Shown piece after piece: positions 45,556 through 54,614 of a DNA stretch of 64,000 nucleotides. The notes beneath the pieces were generated by a model. That model was not told where the DNA came from. It did not search any database and saw only the letters and a list, made by a program, of their open reading frames with translations. Numbering within the stretch: position 1 is the stretch's first letter; every line of letters starts with the position of its first letter. The stretch comes from Syntrophales bacterium. Its GTDB lineage: Bacteria > Desulfobacterota > Syntrophia > Syntrophales > UBA8958. Made by a program: the position numbers and the translations under genes. The stretch spans positions 73,468 through 137,467 of the forward strand of contig JAOAFE010000004.1 of assembly GCA_026416455.1 (NCBI GenBank), in the 5' to 3' direction.

Positions 45556-46784
45556 TTCTTCTTGTCCCTTTCCTTCCTCTTTAAGGCCTGAATTTTAAGT
45601 CGAAGGGCGTTGAGACGGATAAAGCCGGTTGCATCCATCTGGTTATAGACTTGATCTTTTTCGAAGGTGGCATAGTCTTCACGGTAGAGGGAATGGGGCG
45701 ATTTTCTCCCCACAACAATGCAATTTCCCTTATATAGCTTTACCCTGACTGTTCCTGTTACATTCTTTTGAGTTTCATCGATGAAAGTCTGTAATATCTC
45801 CCTTTCCGGGGCATACCAGAAACCATTGTATACGAGTTGAGCGTATTTGGGAATCAACCCATCTCTCATCAACATGACTTCGCGATCCATGGTGATCGAC
45901 TCCAGGGCGCGATGGGCAATCCATAAAACTGTACCTCCCGGTGTTTCGTAAACGCCCCTCGATTTCATGCCGACAAATCTATTTTCCACCATATCCACTC
46001 GCCCGATCCCGTTTTCCCCCGCAATCCCGTTCAGATAATCTAATAGTTTGGCTGGCGACATCCGCTTGCCGTTTACGGCTATTGGATTTCCTTGGGCAAA
46101 CTCGATCTGAAGATAAGTCGGTTTATCCGGTGCCGCCTCCGGGGAACGGGTGAGAACATAGATATCCTCCGGTGGCTCTGCCCAGGGATCCTCCAGAATA
46201 CCTCCTTCATGAGAAATATGAAGGGCATTACGATCCGAGCTGTAGGGCTTTTCTTTTGAGACCAAAGGAACGGGTATGCGGTGTCTTTCTGCATAGTCGA
46301 GCATTTCCTGACGAGACCGAAAAGGCCATTTTGGATCTTTCCAGGCCGATATAATGGTGAGTTCTGGCGCCAGGGCCGTGTAAGTAAGTTCAAACCTCAC
46401 CTGATCATTCCCCTTACCGGTCGCCCCATGGCAGACAGCATCCGCTTTCTCCATCCGCGCGATCTCAACCTGCCTTTTGGCAATCAGGGGTCGCGCTAAA
46501 GAAGTGCCCATTAGGTAAGTACCTTCATAAACGGCATTGGCCCTTAAAGCGGGGAAAACGAAATCCTTTACAAATTCTTCTTTCAGGTCTTCTATGTAAA
46601 CCTTGCTGGCCCCCGTTGCCTGGGCCCGTTTATCGAGACCTTTTAACTCTTCCTTCTGCCCCACATCGGCCACAAAGGCTATAACTTCGCAGGCGTAAGT
46701 TTCTATGAGCCACTTTAAAATCACTGACGTATCCAGTCCACCCGAGTAAGCGAGCACCACTTTCATCTTCTTTTTTTTTGTCAT
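45552..46784 (-). CDS. argG: Argininosuccinate synthase
   Basis: 410 aa. Motifs: [25 protein letters not shown]. An alternative start is M7 (46766). Confidence 0.93.
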   Translation of the reverse strand: MTKKKKMKVVLAYSGGLDTSVILKWLIETYACEVIAFVADVGQKEELKGLDKRAQATGASKVYIEDLKEEFVKDFVFPALRANAVYEGTYLMGTSLARPLIAKRQVEIARMEKADAVCHGATGKGNDQVRFELTYTALAPELTIISAWKDPKWPFRSRQEMLDYAERHRIPVPLVSKEKPYSSDRNALHISHEGGILEDPWAEPPEDIYVLTRSPEAAPDKPTYLQIEFAQGNPIAVNGKRMSPAKLLDYLNGIAGENGIGRVDMVENRFVGMKSRGVYETPGGTVLWIAHRALESITMDREVMLMRDGLIPKYAQLVYNGFWYAPEREILQTFIDETQKNVTGTVRVKLYKGNCIVVGRKSPHSLYREDYATFEKDQVYNQMDATGFIRLNALRLKIQALKRKERDKKK

Positions 46785-46790
46785 TTCAAC

Positions 46791-47708
46791 TTACACTCCC
46801 TTCATTAATATTTCCAAAATGGCCTTCTGCACGTGCAGCCTATTTTCTGCCTGGTCAAAAACCACCGAATGAGGTCCCTCGATTACTTCTTGAGTAATCT
46901 CCTCTCCGCGGTGAGCAGGGAGACAATGCATTACTATGACGTCCGAAGGTGCCACGGAGAGAAGCCGTTCATTAATCTGGTAACCTTGGAATCTTTCTCT
47001 CCTAATGTCCGCCTCCCCCTCTTGCCCCATACTGGTCCATACATCCGTGTATATGACATCGGCCTGGGAAACTGCCTTTGCGGGATCACTTCCAATGGTT
47101 ATCCGATCTCCTGCCCTGGCTATAGCCTCTCGCATAATATCTGGGTCTGGCTCATAACCTTCGGGGCAAGCCAAAGAGATTCTAATGGGAAACACGCAAG
47201 CAGCTTCTAGCCAGGAGTTGGCCACATTATTCCCATCTCCAATGTAGGCCACGGTCATTCCTTCATAGGACCCCTTTTTTTCCATAATGGTAAATATATC
47301 GCTTAAAATCTGGCACGGATGAAGTAAGTCCGTAAGTCCGTTGATCACAGGAATAGACGCATAAGAGGCAAATTCTTCTACCATTTTTTGACTAAAGGTC
47401 CTAATCATGACCCCGTCAAGATAGCGAGACATGATCCTGGCGGTGTCAGCCACCGTTTCCCCTCTCCCGAGCTGAGTGTCCCTGGTGCTGAGAAAGATGG
47501 CCGTTCCTCCCAGTTGATACATGCCTACTTCGAAGGAAAGCCTCGTTCTCGTTGACGATTTCTCGAAGATCATACCTAAAGTTTTTCCCGCTAAGGGTTT
47601 ATAAACTACCCCCTCCTTCTGCCACCTCTTCAACTCGCGGGCCCGAAACAAAAATAAATCTAGCTCCTCGCGCTCGAAATCGGTGAGCCTTATCAGGTCT
47701 TTCTTCAT
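46791..47708 (-). CDS. argF: Ornithine carbamoyltransferase
   Basis: 305 aa. Motifs: FEKSSTRTR, HPCQ, DVWTSMG, HCLPAHRGEE. Confidence 0.92.
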   Translation of the reverse strand: MKKDLIRLTDFEREELDLFLFRARELKRWQKEGVVYKPLAGKTLGMIFEKSSTRTRLSFEVGMYQLGGTAIFLSTRDTQLGRGETVADTARIMSRYLDGVMIRTFSQKMVEEFASYASIPVINGLTDLLHPCQILSDIFTIMEKKGSYEGMTVAYIGDGNNVANSWLEAACVFPIRISLACPEGYEPDPDIMREAIARAGDRITIGSDPAKAVSQADVIYTDVWTSMGQEGEADIRRERFQGYQINERLLSVAPSDVIVMHCLPAHRGEEITQEVIEGPHSVVFDQAENRLHVQKAILEILMKGV

Positions 47709-48895
47709 AACTCCCCCAAAACTTGAGAAATCTTTTCCACTGCCTCATCAATATCCGCCCGTGTTACGATCAAAGGGGGGAGAAACCGCAATACCGATGG
47801 ACCGGCGGTGGCCAAAAGTAGTCCCCTCTTGAGGCAGGCCAGGGCTACGGATGAGGCGTCAACGGAAAGCTCCATGCCACATATTAAACCTTTACCCCTT
47901 ACCTCTTTTATCACGTTGTAAACACGAGCCAACTCGGCTAACCTGTCCATGAGGTATTCTCCCTTTGCTTCCACTTCTCTGAGAAAAGGCTCCGCACTCA
48001 CCGTCTCTAGCACCACCTGAGCCGCCGCCATAGCGAGAGGATTGCCTCCAAAAGTAGAGGCATGACTGCCCGGCTCAAAACATTGGGCAACCCCTTCCGT
48101 TGTCACGACGGCCCCGATAGGGAATCCGTTCCCCAAAGCCTTGGCCAAGGTCATGACATCAGGTTTTATTCCGTAATGCTCATAAGCGAACAACTTACCC
48201 GTTCTTCCCATGCCTGTTTGCACTTCATCTAAAATGAGAAGAAGGTGATGGCGATTGCAAATTTCGCGAACCTTTTCCAAGTAATCTACAGTTGGTACCC
48301 TTACCCCACCCTCGGCCTGAATTGGCTCTAACATGACGGCACAGGTTCGTTCATCTATTGCCGCCTCCAGGGCTTTGGCATCGTTAAAGGGTACCGATTT
48401 AAACCCCGGCACGAGGGGTTCAAAGCCTTTTTTCACCTTATCTTGCCCTGTCGCCGTGATGGTAGCCATGGTGCGACCGTGGAATGAATTGACCATGGTA
48501 ATGATCTCATAGCGTTCGGAATTTCCGTTCATCTTACCGAAACGACGGGCTAACTTGATGGCCGCTTCGTTCGCCTCAGCGCCACTATTACAGAAGAAAA
48601 CCTTCTGCCCGAATGTCTTTTCTACAAGTTGAGCCGCATAGATTACCTGGGCTTCGATGTAATAGAGATTTGATACGTGAATAAGTTTTTCCGCCTGACT
48701 TTTTATTGCCTCCGTGACCAAAGGGTGGCAGTGACCCAAACTACATACGGCAATGCCACCAACGAAATCGAGATACTCATTCCCATCTAAATCCCATACC
48801 CTCATACCCTCCCCGCGGGCCAGGGCAATGGGAAAGCGATTATACGTGTTGATCAGGTATTTACTGGCAAGAGATATTATTTCTTCATTCGTCAT
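47705..48895 (-). CDS. argD: Acetylornithine aminotransferase
   Basis: 396 aa. It shows the class-III aminotransferase pattern: FCNSGAEANE, DEVQTGMGRTG, TLAKALGNG. Confidence 0.9.
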   Translation of the reverse strand: MTNEEIISLASKYLINTYNRFPIALARGEGMRVWDLDGNEYLDFVGGIAVCSLGHCHPLVTEAIKSQAEKLIHVSNLYYIEAQVIYAAQLVEKTFGQKVFFCNSGAEANEAAIKLARRFGKMNGNSERYEIITMVNSFHGRTMATITATGQDKVKKGFEPLVPGFKSVPFNDAKALEAAIDERTCAVMLEPIQAEGGVRVPTVDYLEKVREICNRHHLLLILDEVQTGMGRTGKLFAYEHYGIKPDVMTLAKALGNGFPIGAVVTTEGVAQCFEPGSHASTFGGNPLAMAAAQVVLETVSAEPFLREVEAKGEYLMDRLAELARVYNVIKEVRGKGLICGMELSVDASSVALACLKRGLLLATAGPSVLRFLPPLIVTRADIDEAVEKISQVLGEL

Positions 48896-48907
48896 GATTG
48901 ATGCCTC

Positions 48908-49798
48908 TTAGATTACTATCTCCGTTCCAATGCCCCGATCGGTAAACACCTCCAATAGAATAGCATGTTTTCGTCGTCCGTCGATGATATGCGTCTTTTT
49001 AACTCCTTCCCGTAAGGCCTTGAGACAACATTTTACCTTCGGGAACATGCCTCCGTGGATAATCCCCTCGTCGATCAGTTCCTGCGCTTCACGGCTATTC
49101 ATAGTATTGATGAGGCTTTTTTCTCTATCCAAAACACCGGGTACATCCGTAAGAAGGATAAGTTTTTCCGCCTGCATTGAGGCCGCAATGGCGCCCGCTA
49201 CAAGATCGGCATTAATGTTATAGGTCTCATTATTTTCACCGTAGCCGGTGGGAGCGATCACGGGAATAAAACCACCCCGGACGAGAGATTCGATCAGAAC
49301 TCCGTTTATTTCCTTCACCTTGCCCACTAAGCCGATATCAATAATTTCCGGTGGCGTGTCCTTCGCCTTATCCTCATTCAAATAATACTTTTCCGCCCTA
49401 ATCAACCCGCCGTCTTTGCCACTTAGACCCACCGCCTTACCGCCGTGTTTATTGATGAGGCCCACGATCTCTTTGTTTACTTTCCCGACCAATACCATTT
49501 CCACAATATCCATCGTCTCCCTATCCGTGACCCTCATCCCCTGAATGAAATGAGATTCGATACCCATGCGATTCAAATAATTACCTATCTGAGGCCCTCC
49601 ACCGTGCACGACCACAGGATGGAGGCCGATATACTTCATCATGACGATATCGCGGGCAAACATATCCTTTAATTCTTCGTCGATCATGGCATGCCCGCCG
49701 TATTTGATAACGATTACTTTATCGTAAAAACGCCGTATGTAAGGCAGCGCCTCGATGAGAATCTGGGCTCGTTCCACTGATTTTTCGATTTGATCCAT
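48908..49798 (-). CDS. argB: Acetylglutamate kinase
   Basis: 296 aa. Motifs: [29 protein letters not shown]. Confidence 0.92.
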   Translation of the reverse strand: MDQIEKSVERAQILIEALPYIRRFYDKVIVIKYGGHAMIDEELKDMFARDIVMMKYIGLHPVVVHGGGPQIGNYLNRMGIESHFIQGMRVTDRETMDIVEMVLVGKVNKEIVGLINKHGGKAVGLSGKDGGLIRAEKYYLNEDKAKDTPPEIIDIGLVGKVKEINGVLIESLVRGGFIPVIAPTGYGENNETYNINADLVAGAIAASMQAEKLILLTDVPGVLDREKSLINTMNSREAQELIDEGIIHGGMFPKVKCCLKALREGVKKTHIIDGRRKHAILLEVFTDRGIGTEIVI

Positions 49799-49809
49799 TC
49801 TTCACTCCT

Positions 49810-51177
49810 TCATAGGATATAACGACTTAAATCCTCGTCCTCAACAATATCGGCCAGTTTTTCTCTCACATATTCGGCATCTATTACAATCTCGGCTCCC
49901 GCCATCTCCGGTGCATCGAAGGAAATATCCTCGAGAAGGGTCTCCATGATAGTGTATAGACGACGGGCACCTATATTCTCCGTTCGCTCGTTTACCATGG
50001 CAGCAATTTCGGCGATTTCTGCAATGGCATCATCCGTAAAAGAAAGCTTCACTCCCTCAGTCGCCATCAGCTCTACATACTGTTTGACGAGAGCATTATG
50101 GGGTTCGGTAAGAATTCTGATGAATTCCTCCTTCCCAAGGGAATCAAGCTCCACCCTAATGGGGAAACGACCTTGAAGTTCTGGTATGAGATCAGAAGGC
50201 TTGGAATTACTAAAGGCACCCGCGGCAATGAAAAGGATGTGATCGGTCCTGACCATACCATAGCGGGTGTTAACGGTCGAGCCCTCAACGATAGGAAGCA
50301 AATCCCTCTGAACCCCACCGCGAGACACATCGGGACCATGAGTAGTATCGGTCCCGACGATTTTATCAATCTCGTCGAGAAAAATTATCCCCGATTGTTC
50401 CACCCTTTCGAGGGCCGTCTTTACTACTCGGTCCATGTCTATAAGCCTTTGAGCCTCTTCTTGGGCCAAGATTTCCATGGCTTCTGCCACGGTAACTTTC
50501 GTCTTCTTTTTCCTCTGAGGAAAGATATTCCCCAAAAAATCTTTGATATTAAAACCCAAATCCTCCACTCCGGCCGTAGAGAAGATCTCAATCATCGGCC
50601 CTGGTTTCGATTCTGCTATCTCTATTTCTATCAGCCTCTCATTTAACTTGCCCTCCTTCAAGAGGCGCCTCAGCTTCTCCCGCGTTGTATCCTCTTCTAC
50701 TTTCTCCGACCTCGGTATCTGGGAAACCAAATCACTCACGGATCGGTCAATCGGACGTAGGGGTAACAGGATGTCTAAAATGCGCTCTTCGGCGAGCTCC
50801 GCCGCTTTTTCCTTTACTTTTTCCTGTTCCTCCGCCTTGGCCTGACTGACGGCTATTTCCACCAAATCCCGGATCATGGACTCTACATCCCTTCCAACGT
50901 ATCCCACCTCCGTAAATTTTGACGCCTCCACTTTGAGGAAAGGCGAATTGTCGAGCTTGGCCAGTCTTCTTGCTATCTCAGTCTTCCCTACCCCCGTAGG
51001 GCCGATCATAATAATGTTTTTGGGGGAGATTTCCTCCCCCATCTCTTTGGAGACGCGTTGTCTTCTCCATCGATTACGCAAGGCTATAGCCACGGCTCTT
51101 TTGGCTTCCTCTTGGCCAATTATGTACTGATCGAGTTTTTCGACTATTTTCTTTGGTGTTAATTCACGCTGGGACAT
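49810..51177 (-). CDS. hslU: ATP-dependent protease ATPase subunit HslU
   Basis: 455 aa. Motifs: [17 protein letters not shown], Walker [26 protein letters not shown]. Confidence 0.93.
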   Translation of the reverse strand: MSQRELTPKKIVEKLDQYIIGQEEAKRAVAIALRNRWRRQRVSKEMGEEISPKNIIMIGPTGVGKTEIARRLAKLDNSPFLKVEASKFTEVGYVGRDVESMIRDLVEIAVSQAKAEEQEKVKEKAAELAEERILDILLPLRPIDRSVSDLVSQIPRSEKVEEDTTREKLRRLLKEGKLNERLIEIEIAESKPGPMIEIFSTAGVEDLGFNIKDFLGNIFPQRKKKTKVTVAEAMEILAQEEAQRLIDMDRVVKTALERVEQSGIIFLDEIDKIVGTDTTHGPDVSRGGVQRDLLPIVEGSTVNTRYGMVRTDHILFIAAGAFSNSKPSDLIPELQGRFPIRVELDSLGKEEFIRILTEPHNALVKQYVELMATEGVKLSFTDDAIAEIAEIAAMVNERTENIGARRLYTIMETLLEDISFDAPEMAGAEIVIDAEYVREKLADIVEDEDLSRYIL

Positions 51178-51721
51178 CTTTCGTTTCCAAATCCAATTCT
51201 TCTATCGTTATATTATCGTTGGTGTAAATGCAAATTTCGGAAGCAATCTTCACCGCCTCCCGGGCAATCTCCGTGGCCGTGAGATTCGAATGCCTGATTA
51301 AGGCTCGAGCGGCCGCTAAGGCGTAGGGGGCACCCGATCCTATAGCCATTACCTCATCATCGGGCTCAATCACATCACCGTTTCCCGAGATAAGTAAAAA
51401 GCTATCCTTGCTGGCCGCTATCATAAGGGCCTCAAGATGTCTGAGTACCCGGTCGGTACGCCAATCTTTGGTTAACTCCACAGCCGCCCGTAACAGATTT
51501 CCGCTATACTGCTCTAGTTTCTGGTCAAAGCGGTCGAAAAGGGTAAAGGCATCGGCCGTAGTACCGGCAAAACCGACGATGACCTTATTCTGGTACAGAC
51601 GCCTCACCTTTTTTGCCCCGTTTTTCATGACCGTCACATCGAAGGTCACCTGTCCATCGCCCGCGATGGTAACCTTTCCTTTGTGCCGAACGGCCACGAT
51701 GGTTGTTCCTATAAACTTCAC
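51164..51721 (-). CDS. hslV: ATP-dependent protease subunit HslV
   Basis: 185 aa with a GTG start. The conserved [19 protein letters not shown] block is preceded by 5 residues (MKFIG). GSGAPYA is also present. Confidence 0.9.
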   Translation of the reverse strand: MKFIGTTIVAVRHKGKVTIAGDGQVTFDVTVMKNGAKKVRRLYQNKVIVGFAGTTADAFTLFDRFDQKLEQYSGNLLRAAVELTKDWRTDRVLRHLEALMIAASKDSFLLISGNGDVIEPDDEVMAIGSGAPYALAAARALIRHSNLTATEIAREAVKIASEICIYTNDNITIEELDLETKDVPA

Positions 51722-51724
51722 CTC

Positions 51725-52645
51725 TTACACCCCCTTCGCCCTTGGATGGGCCTTATCGTATATTTCCATCAGCCGACCGACATCGACGGTTGTATACCTC
51801 TGCGTGGTTGAGAGACTTTCGTGCCCGAGAAGTTCCTGAATTACCCTTAGATCCGCTCCCATGCTGAGTAAATGGGTAGCAAAGGAATGGCGGAAAACAT
51901 GGGGGGAAATTTTCTTTACCCCACACAACCGGGCATATTTATCCACCACTTTTTGCACCGTTCTGGGACTGATACGTTGCCCTTTCGAACCGAGAAAAAC
52001 GGGAAGAGCTCCTCTCACTCCCCTTCTTCCCGTCTCTTCCAAATAAGTTTTCATGGCATTTACCGCCGGACGACCCAAGGGTACCAACCTCTCCTTTTTG
52101 CCTTTTCCTCGGACTTTCATCACACCCTCATCTAAATCCACATCTTCCAAATTGAGACCCGTCAACTCTCTCAACCTGATGCCGGAGGTATAAAGGAGTT
52201 CCAGAATCGCCCGATCTCTTGCCCCATTTTTTTCATCATCAAAGGCTACACCGAGGAGAGTAAACATCTCATCGACGGAGAGAAAAGAAGGAACACCTCT
52301 CTCGAGTCGAGGTCCCTGGAGATCTTGGGTCGGATTTGTCTCTACCACCCCCCTCTGCACGAGAAAGGAAAAGAAGGATCTTAAGGCGGCAATCTTTCTC
52401 ACTACGGACGCCTTAGCCATTCTTTTTTTATAGATGAAGGCCAGATAATACCGAAGGCAGGCAAGATCCACCCTCTTTAAGTGAGACACCCCCACCTCTC
52501 TTCCTTCACAGATTTCTTCTTTTAGAAATTGTAAGAATTGGCCCACATCTCTTACGTAGGCCATTTGCGTGTGCGAGGAGTAACCTTTTTCTAAAGCAAT
52601 AAATTGCTCGTACTGTTTAATTAGATTTTCCAACTCTGCTGTCAT
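51725..52645 (-). CDS. xerC: Tyrosine recombinase XerC (CodV-like position upstream of hslVU)
   Basis: 306 aa. Motifs: RDRAILELLYTSGIRLREL, HVFRHSFATHLL, LGHESLSTTQRYT. Confidence 0.85.
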   Translation of the reverse strand: MTAELENLIKQYEQFIALEKGYSSHTQMAYVRDVGQFLQFLKEEICEGREVGVSHLKRVDLACLRYYLAFIYKKRMAKASVVRKIAALRSFFSFLVQRGVVETNPTQDLQGPRLERGVPSFLSVDEMFTLLGVAFDDEKNGARDRAILELLYTSGIRLRELTGLNLEDVDLDEGVMKVRGKGKKERLVPLGRPAVNAMKTYLEETGRRGVRGALPVFLGSKGQRISPRTVQKVVDKYARLCGVKKISPHVFRHSFATHLLSMGADLRVIQELLGHESLSTTQRYTTVDVGRLMEIYDKAHPRAKGV

Positions 52646-52654
52646 GAAAACCCG

Positions 52655-53155
52655 TTACATCTTGTATTTACCGAAATCTTCCGGTGATAGGTTTTCCAAA
52701 AACTCAAGCAACTTTTGATCCCTCAGCTTCTTGAATTCTTCCGATTGCTCTCCCATATCTACGTTTCTCGATTTATCAATAACACTTTCCTCCACGTAAA
52801 TGGGCGCATCCATCCTCAAAGCTATGGCAATAGCATCGCTCGGACGTGAGTCTACAATTATAACATCATCACCTACCGCCAAATGCATCTCTGCAAAGTA
52901 CGTATTGTTTCTGAGGTCGACGATTTCTATCTTAAGGAGTCGGGCGTTTAGCTTTTCTATAATATTCTTCACAAGATCATGGGTCATAGGGCGTGAAAAA
53001 GTCACGTTTTCCAATCGAGTAGCAATGGCACTGGCCTCAAAGAGGCCTATCCAGATGGGTATAGCTTTCTTCTCTTCCAAATCCTTCAAAATAACAATCG
53101 GCGTACTTGTCAGAGGATCGATGGTAATTCCGGCTACTTTCATTTCTACCATCAT
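52655..53155 (-). CDS. Bifunctional nuclease family protein (DUF151/BFN) with a UVR-like tail
   Basis: 166 aa. VAGITIDP...PIVILKD...IPIWIG..EA.AI...RPMTHDL is typical of DUF151. Confidence 0.75.
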   Translation of the reverse strand: MMVEMKVAGITIDPLTSTPIVILKDLEEKKAIPIWIGLFEASAIATRLENVTFSRPMTHDLVKNIIEKLNARLLKIEIVDLRNNTYFAEMHLAVGDDVIIVDSRPSDAIAIALRMDAPIYVEESVIDKSRNVDMGEQSEEFKKLRDQKLLEFLENLSPEDFGKYKM

Positions 53156-53169
53156 ATTCCAATACCCCC

Positions 53170-54498
53170 TTACTCTATAATTTCTCCTCTTAAAGAGTGG
53201 AGAAACGCTTGGGTTATTTTAACAGTTACGAGTTTCCCATATTGATCCTCCGAGGCAGGAAAATTCACAATCTTGTTCGTCGGCGTCCTACCCGTTGCAT
53301 CCATCAAGGAATTTTTACTCCTTCCCTCCACCAGGACCTCTACCTTTTCTCCCACGAGGGCTTGATGCTTCTCCCATGTATGTGCTTCCTGTTTCTTTTG
53401 GAGGATTGTTAACCTCTCTGCCTTTACCTCAGCTGGCACATCATCAACCATGTTAGCGGCATAAGTCCCCTCTCTTCTTGAATACTTGAAGGAAAAGAGG
53501 TTGTCAAACCTGATTTTTTCCATGAGATCCAGGGTGGCGCAAAAATCTTCCTCCGTCTCTCCTGGAAATCCCACCATCACATCGGCCGTGATTGCTATAT
53601 GGGGACAAATATTCCTGAGATGAACTATTTTCTCAATATATTCTTCCCGCGTGTAACCCCGGTTCATGAGCCGCAGAATTTTATTCGATCCCGATTGAAA
53701 GGGGAGGTGAATATGAGGACACAATTTGGGGAGACGGGCAAAACAAGCCATCAACTCCTCCGACAAATCTTTTGGGTGAGAGGTCGTAAATCTAATCCGC
53801 TCTAGGCCTTCTATTTCGCATATTCTTTCCAATAGTTGAGGGAAGGTGATTCCATCCGTAAGGGTTTGACCGTAGGAATTCACGTTTTGGCCTAGGAGTG
53901 TGACTTCCCTAACTCCCTTCTCGACCAGACATCTTATTTCCGCCAGGATCTCTTCCGCCGGTCTGCTCTCTTCCGGTCCCCTTACATAGGGGACTACGCA
54001 GTAAGTACAAAAATTATTGCACCCCTGCATGATAGTAACAAAGGCACAAGGCTCTTTATCTTCCGGTAAAGGTGCCTCTGGATAGCAGTAAAGGCCCGTT
54101 GAAAAAGACAGTTCAATCAATGGTGCACCCGTATACCTCACTTTCCTAATCAAGGTCGGCAGATGCCTGATTTGATGAGTCCCAATAACCAAATCAAGAT
54201 GAGCCATGCGCTTCAAAATGCTTTCTCCCCTCTGCTGGGCCAGGCAACCTGCCAAGACAATGATAAGGTCCTCCTTTCTCTTCTTAAGTCCCAGCAACCT
54301 GCCCAGCCGGCTCATTACTTTCTGGGCTGCCTTTTCTCGCACGGTGCATGTATTGATCACAATAACGTCCGCCAATTTGGGATCGCTTACCTCTGAGTAG
54401 CCCTCTTCCTTAAGCAGGGCCACAATCTGCCTCGAGTCTCGTACATTCATCTGGCAGCCGTATGTTTCTACATAAAGGCCCTTCGTCATATCATCCAC
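53170..54498 (-). CDS. miaB: tRNA-2-methylthio-N6-dimethylallyladenosine synthase (radical SAM methylthiotransferase)
   Basis: 442 aa. It has an MTTase N-domain (YGCQMNVRDS...NTCTVRE), the radical SAM motif CNNFCTYCVVP, and a C-terminal TRAM domain. Confidence 0.88.
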   Translation of the reverse strand: MDDMTKGLYVETYGCQMNVRDSRQIVALLKEEGYSEVSDPKLADVIVINTCTVREKAAQKVMSRLGRLLGLKKRKEDLIIVLAGCLAQQRGESILKRMAHLDLVIGTHQIRHLPTLIRKVRYTGAPLIELSFSTGLYCYPEAPLPEDKEPCAFVTIMQGCNNFCTYCVVPYVRGPEESRPAEEILAEIRCLVEKGVREVTLLGQNVNSYGQTLTDGITFPQLLERICEIEGLERIRFTTSHPKDLSEELMACFARLPKLCPHIHLPFQSGSNKILRLMNRGYTREEYIEKIVHLRNICPHIAITADVMVGFPGETEEDFCATLDLMEKIRFDNLFSFKYSRREGTYAANMVDDVPAEVKAERLTILQKKQEAHTWEKHQALVGEKVEVLVEGRSKNSLMDATGRTPTNKIVNFPASEDQYGKLVTVKITQAFLHSLRGEIIE

Positions 54499-54614
54499 TC
54501 AAAAAAGGTGTTTTCATTTATTATATGCACCCTTTCGAGTCAATTCCTTTTATGCAATTTAGATATGGACAGCTGGCTATTTAAAAGTTATCTAAACCTG
54601 GAAGACAAAAAACC

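Noticed and set aside
50098-50646. Long antisense ORFs opposite well-supported genes: 182 aa opposite hslU, 172 aa at 55713-56231, 156 aa at 24760-25230, 147 aa at 42061-42504, 143 aa at 51408-51839 and 140 aa at 31727-32149
   Set aside because: All lie fully inside genes with strong family signatures. None has a plausible RBS or domain motif, and all have skewed compositions typical of antisense frames.
51725-52645. The tyrosine recombinase as a possible integrase marking a mobile element
   Set aside because: It has the size and motifs of XerC/CodV and sits in the conserved xerC-hslVU context. There are no flanking repeats, no tRNA-adjacent attachment site and no phage or IS genes.
54560-54585. 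A sigma54-like TGG...GC element (TGGACAGCTGGC) upstream of the UPF0182 gene
   Set aside because: The GG-to-GC spacing is about 9 nt instead of the required 12 or so, and the flanks do not match TGGCAC-N5-TTGC.
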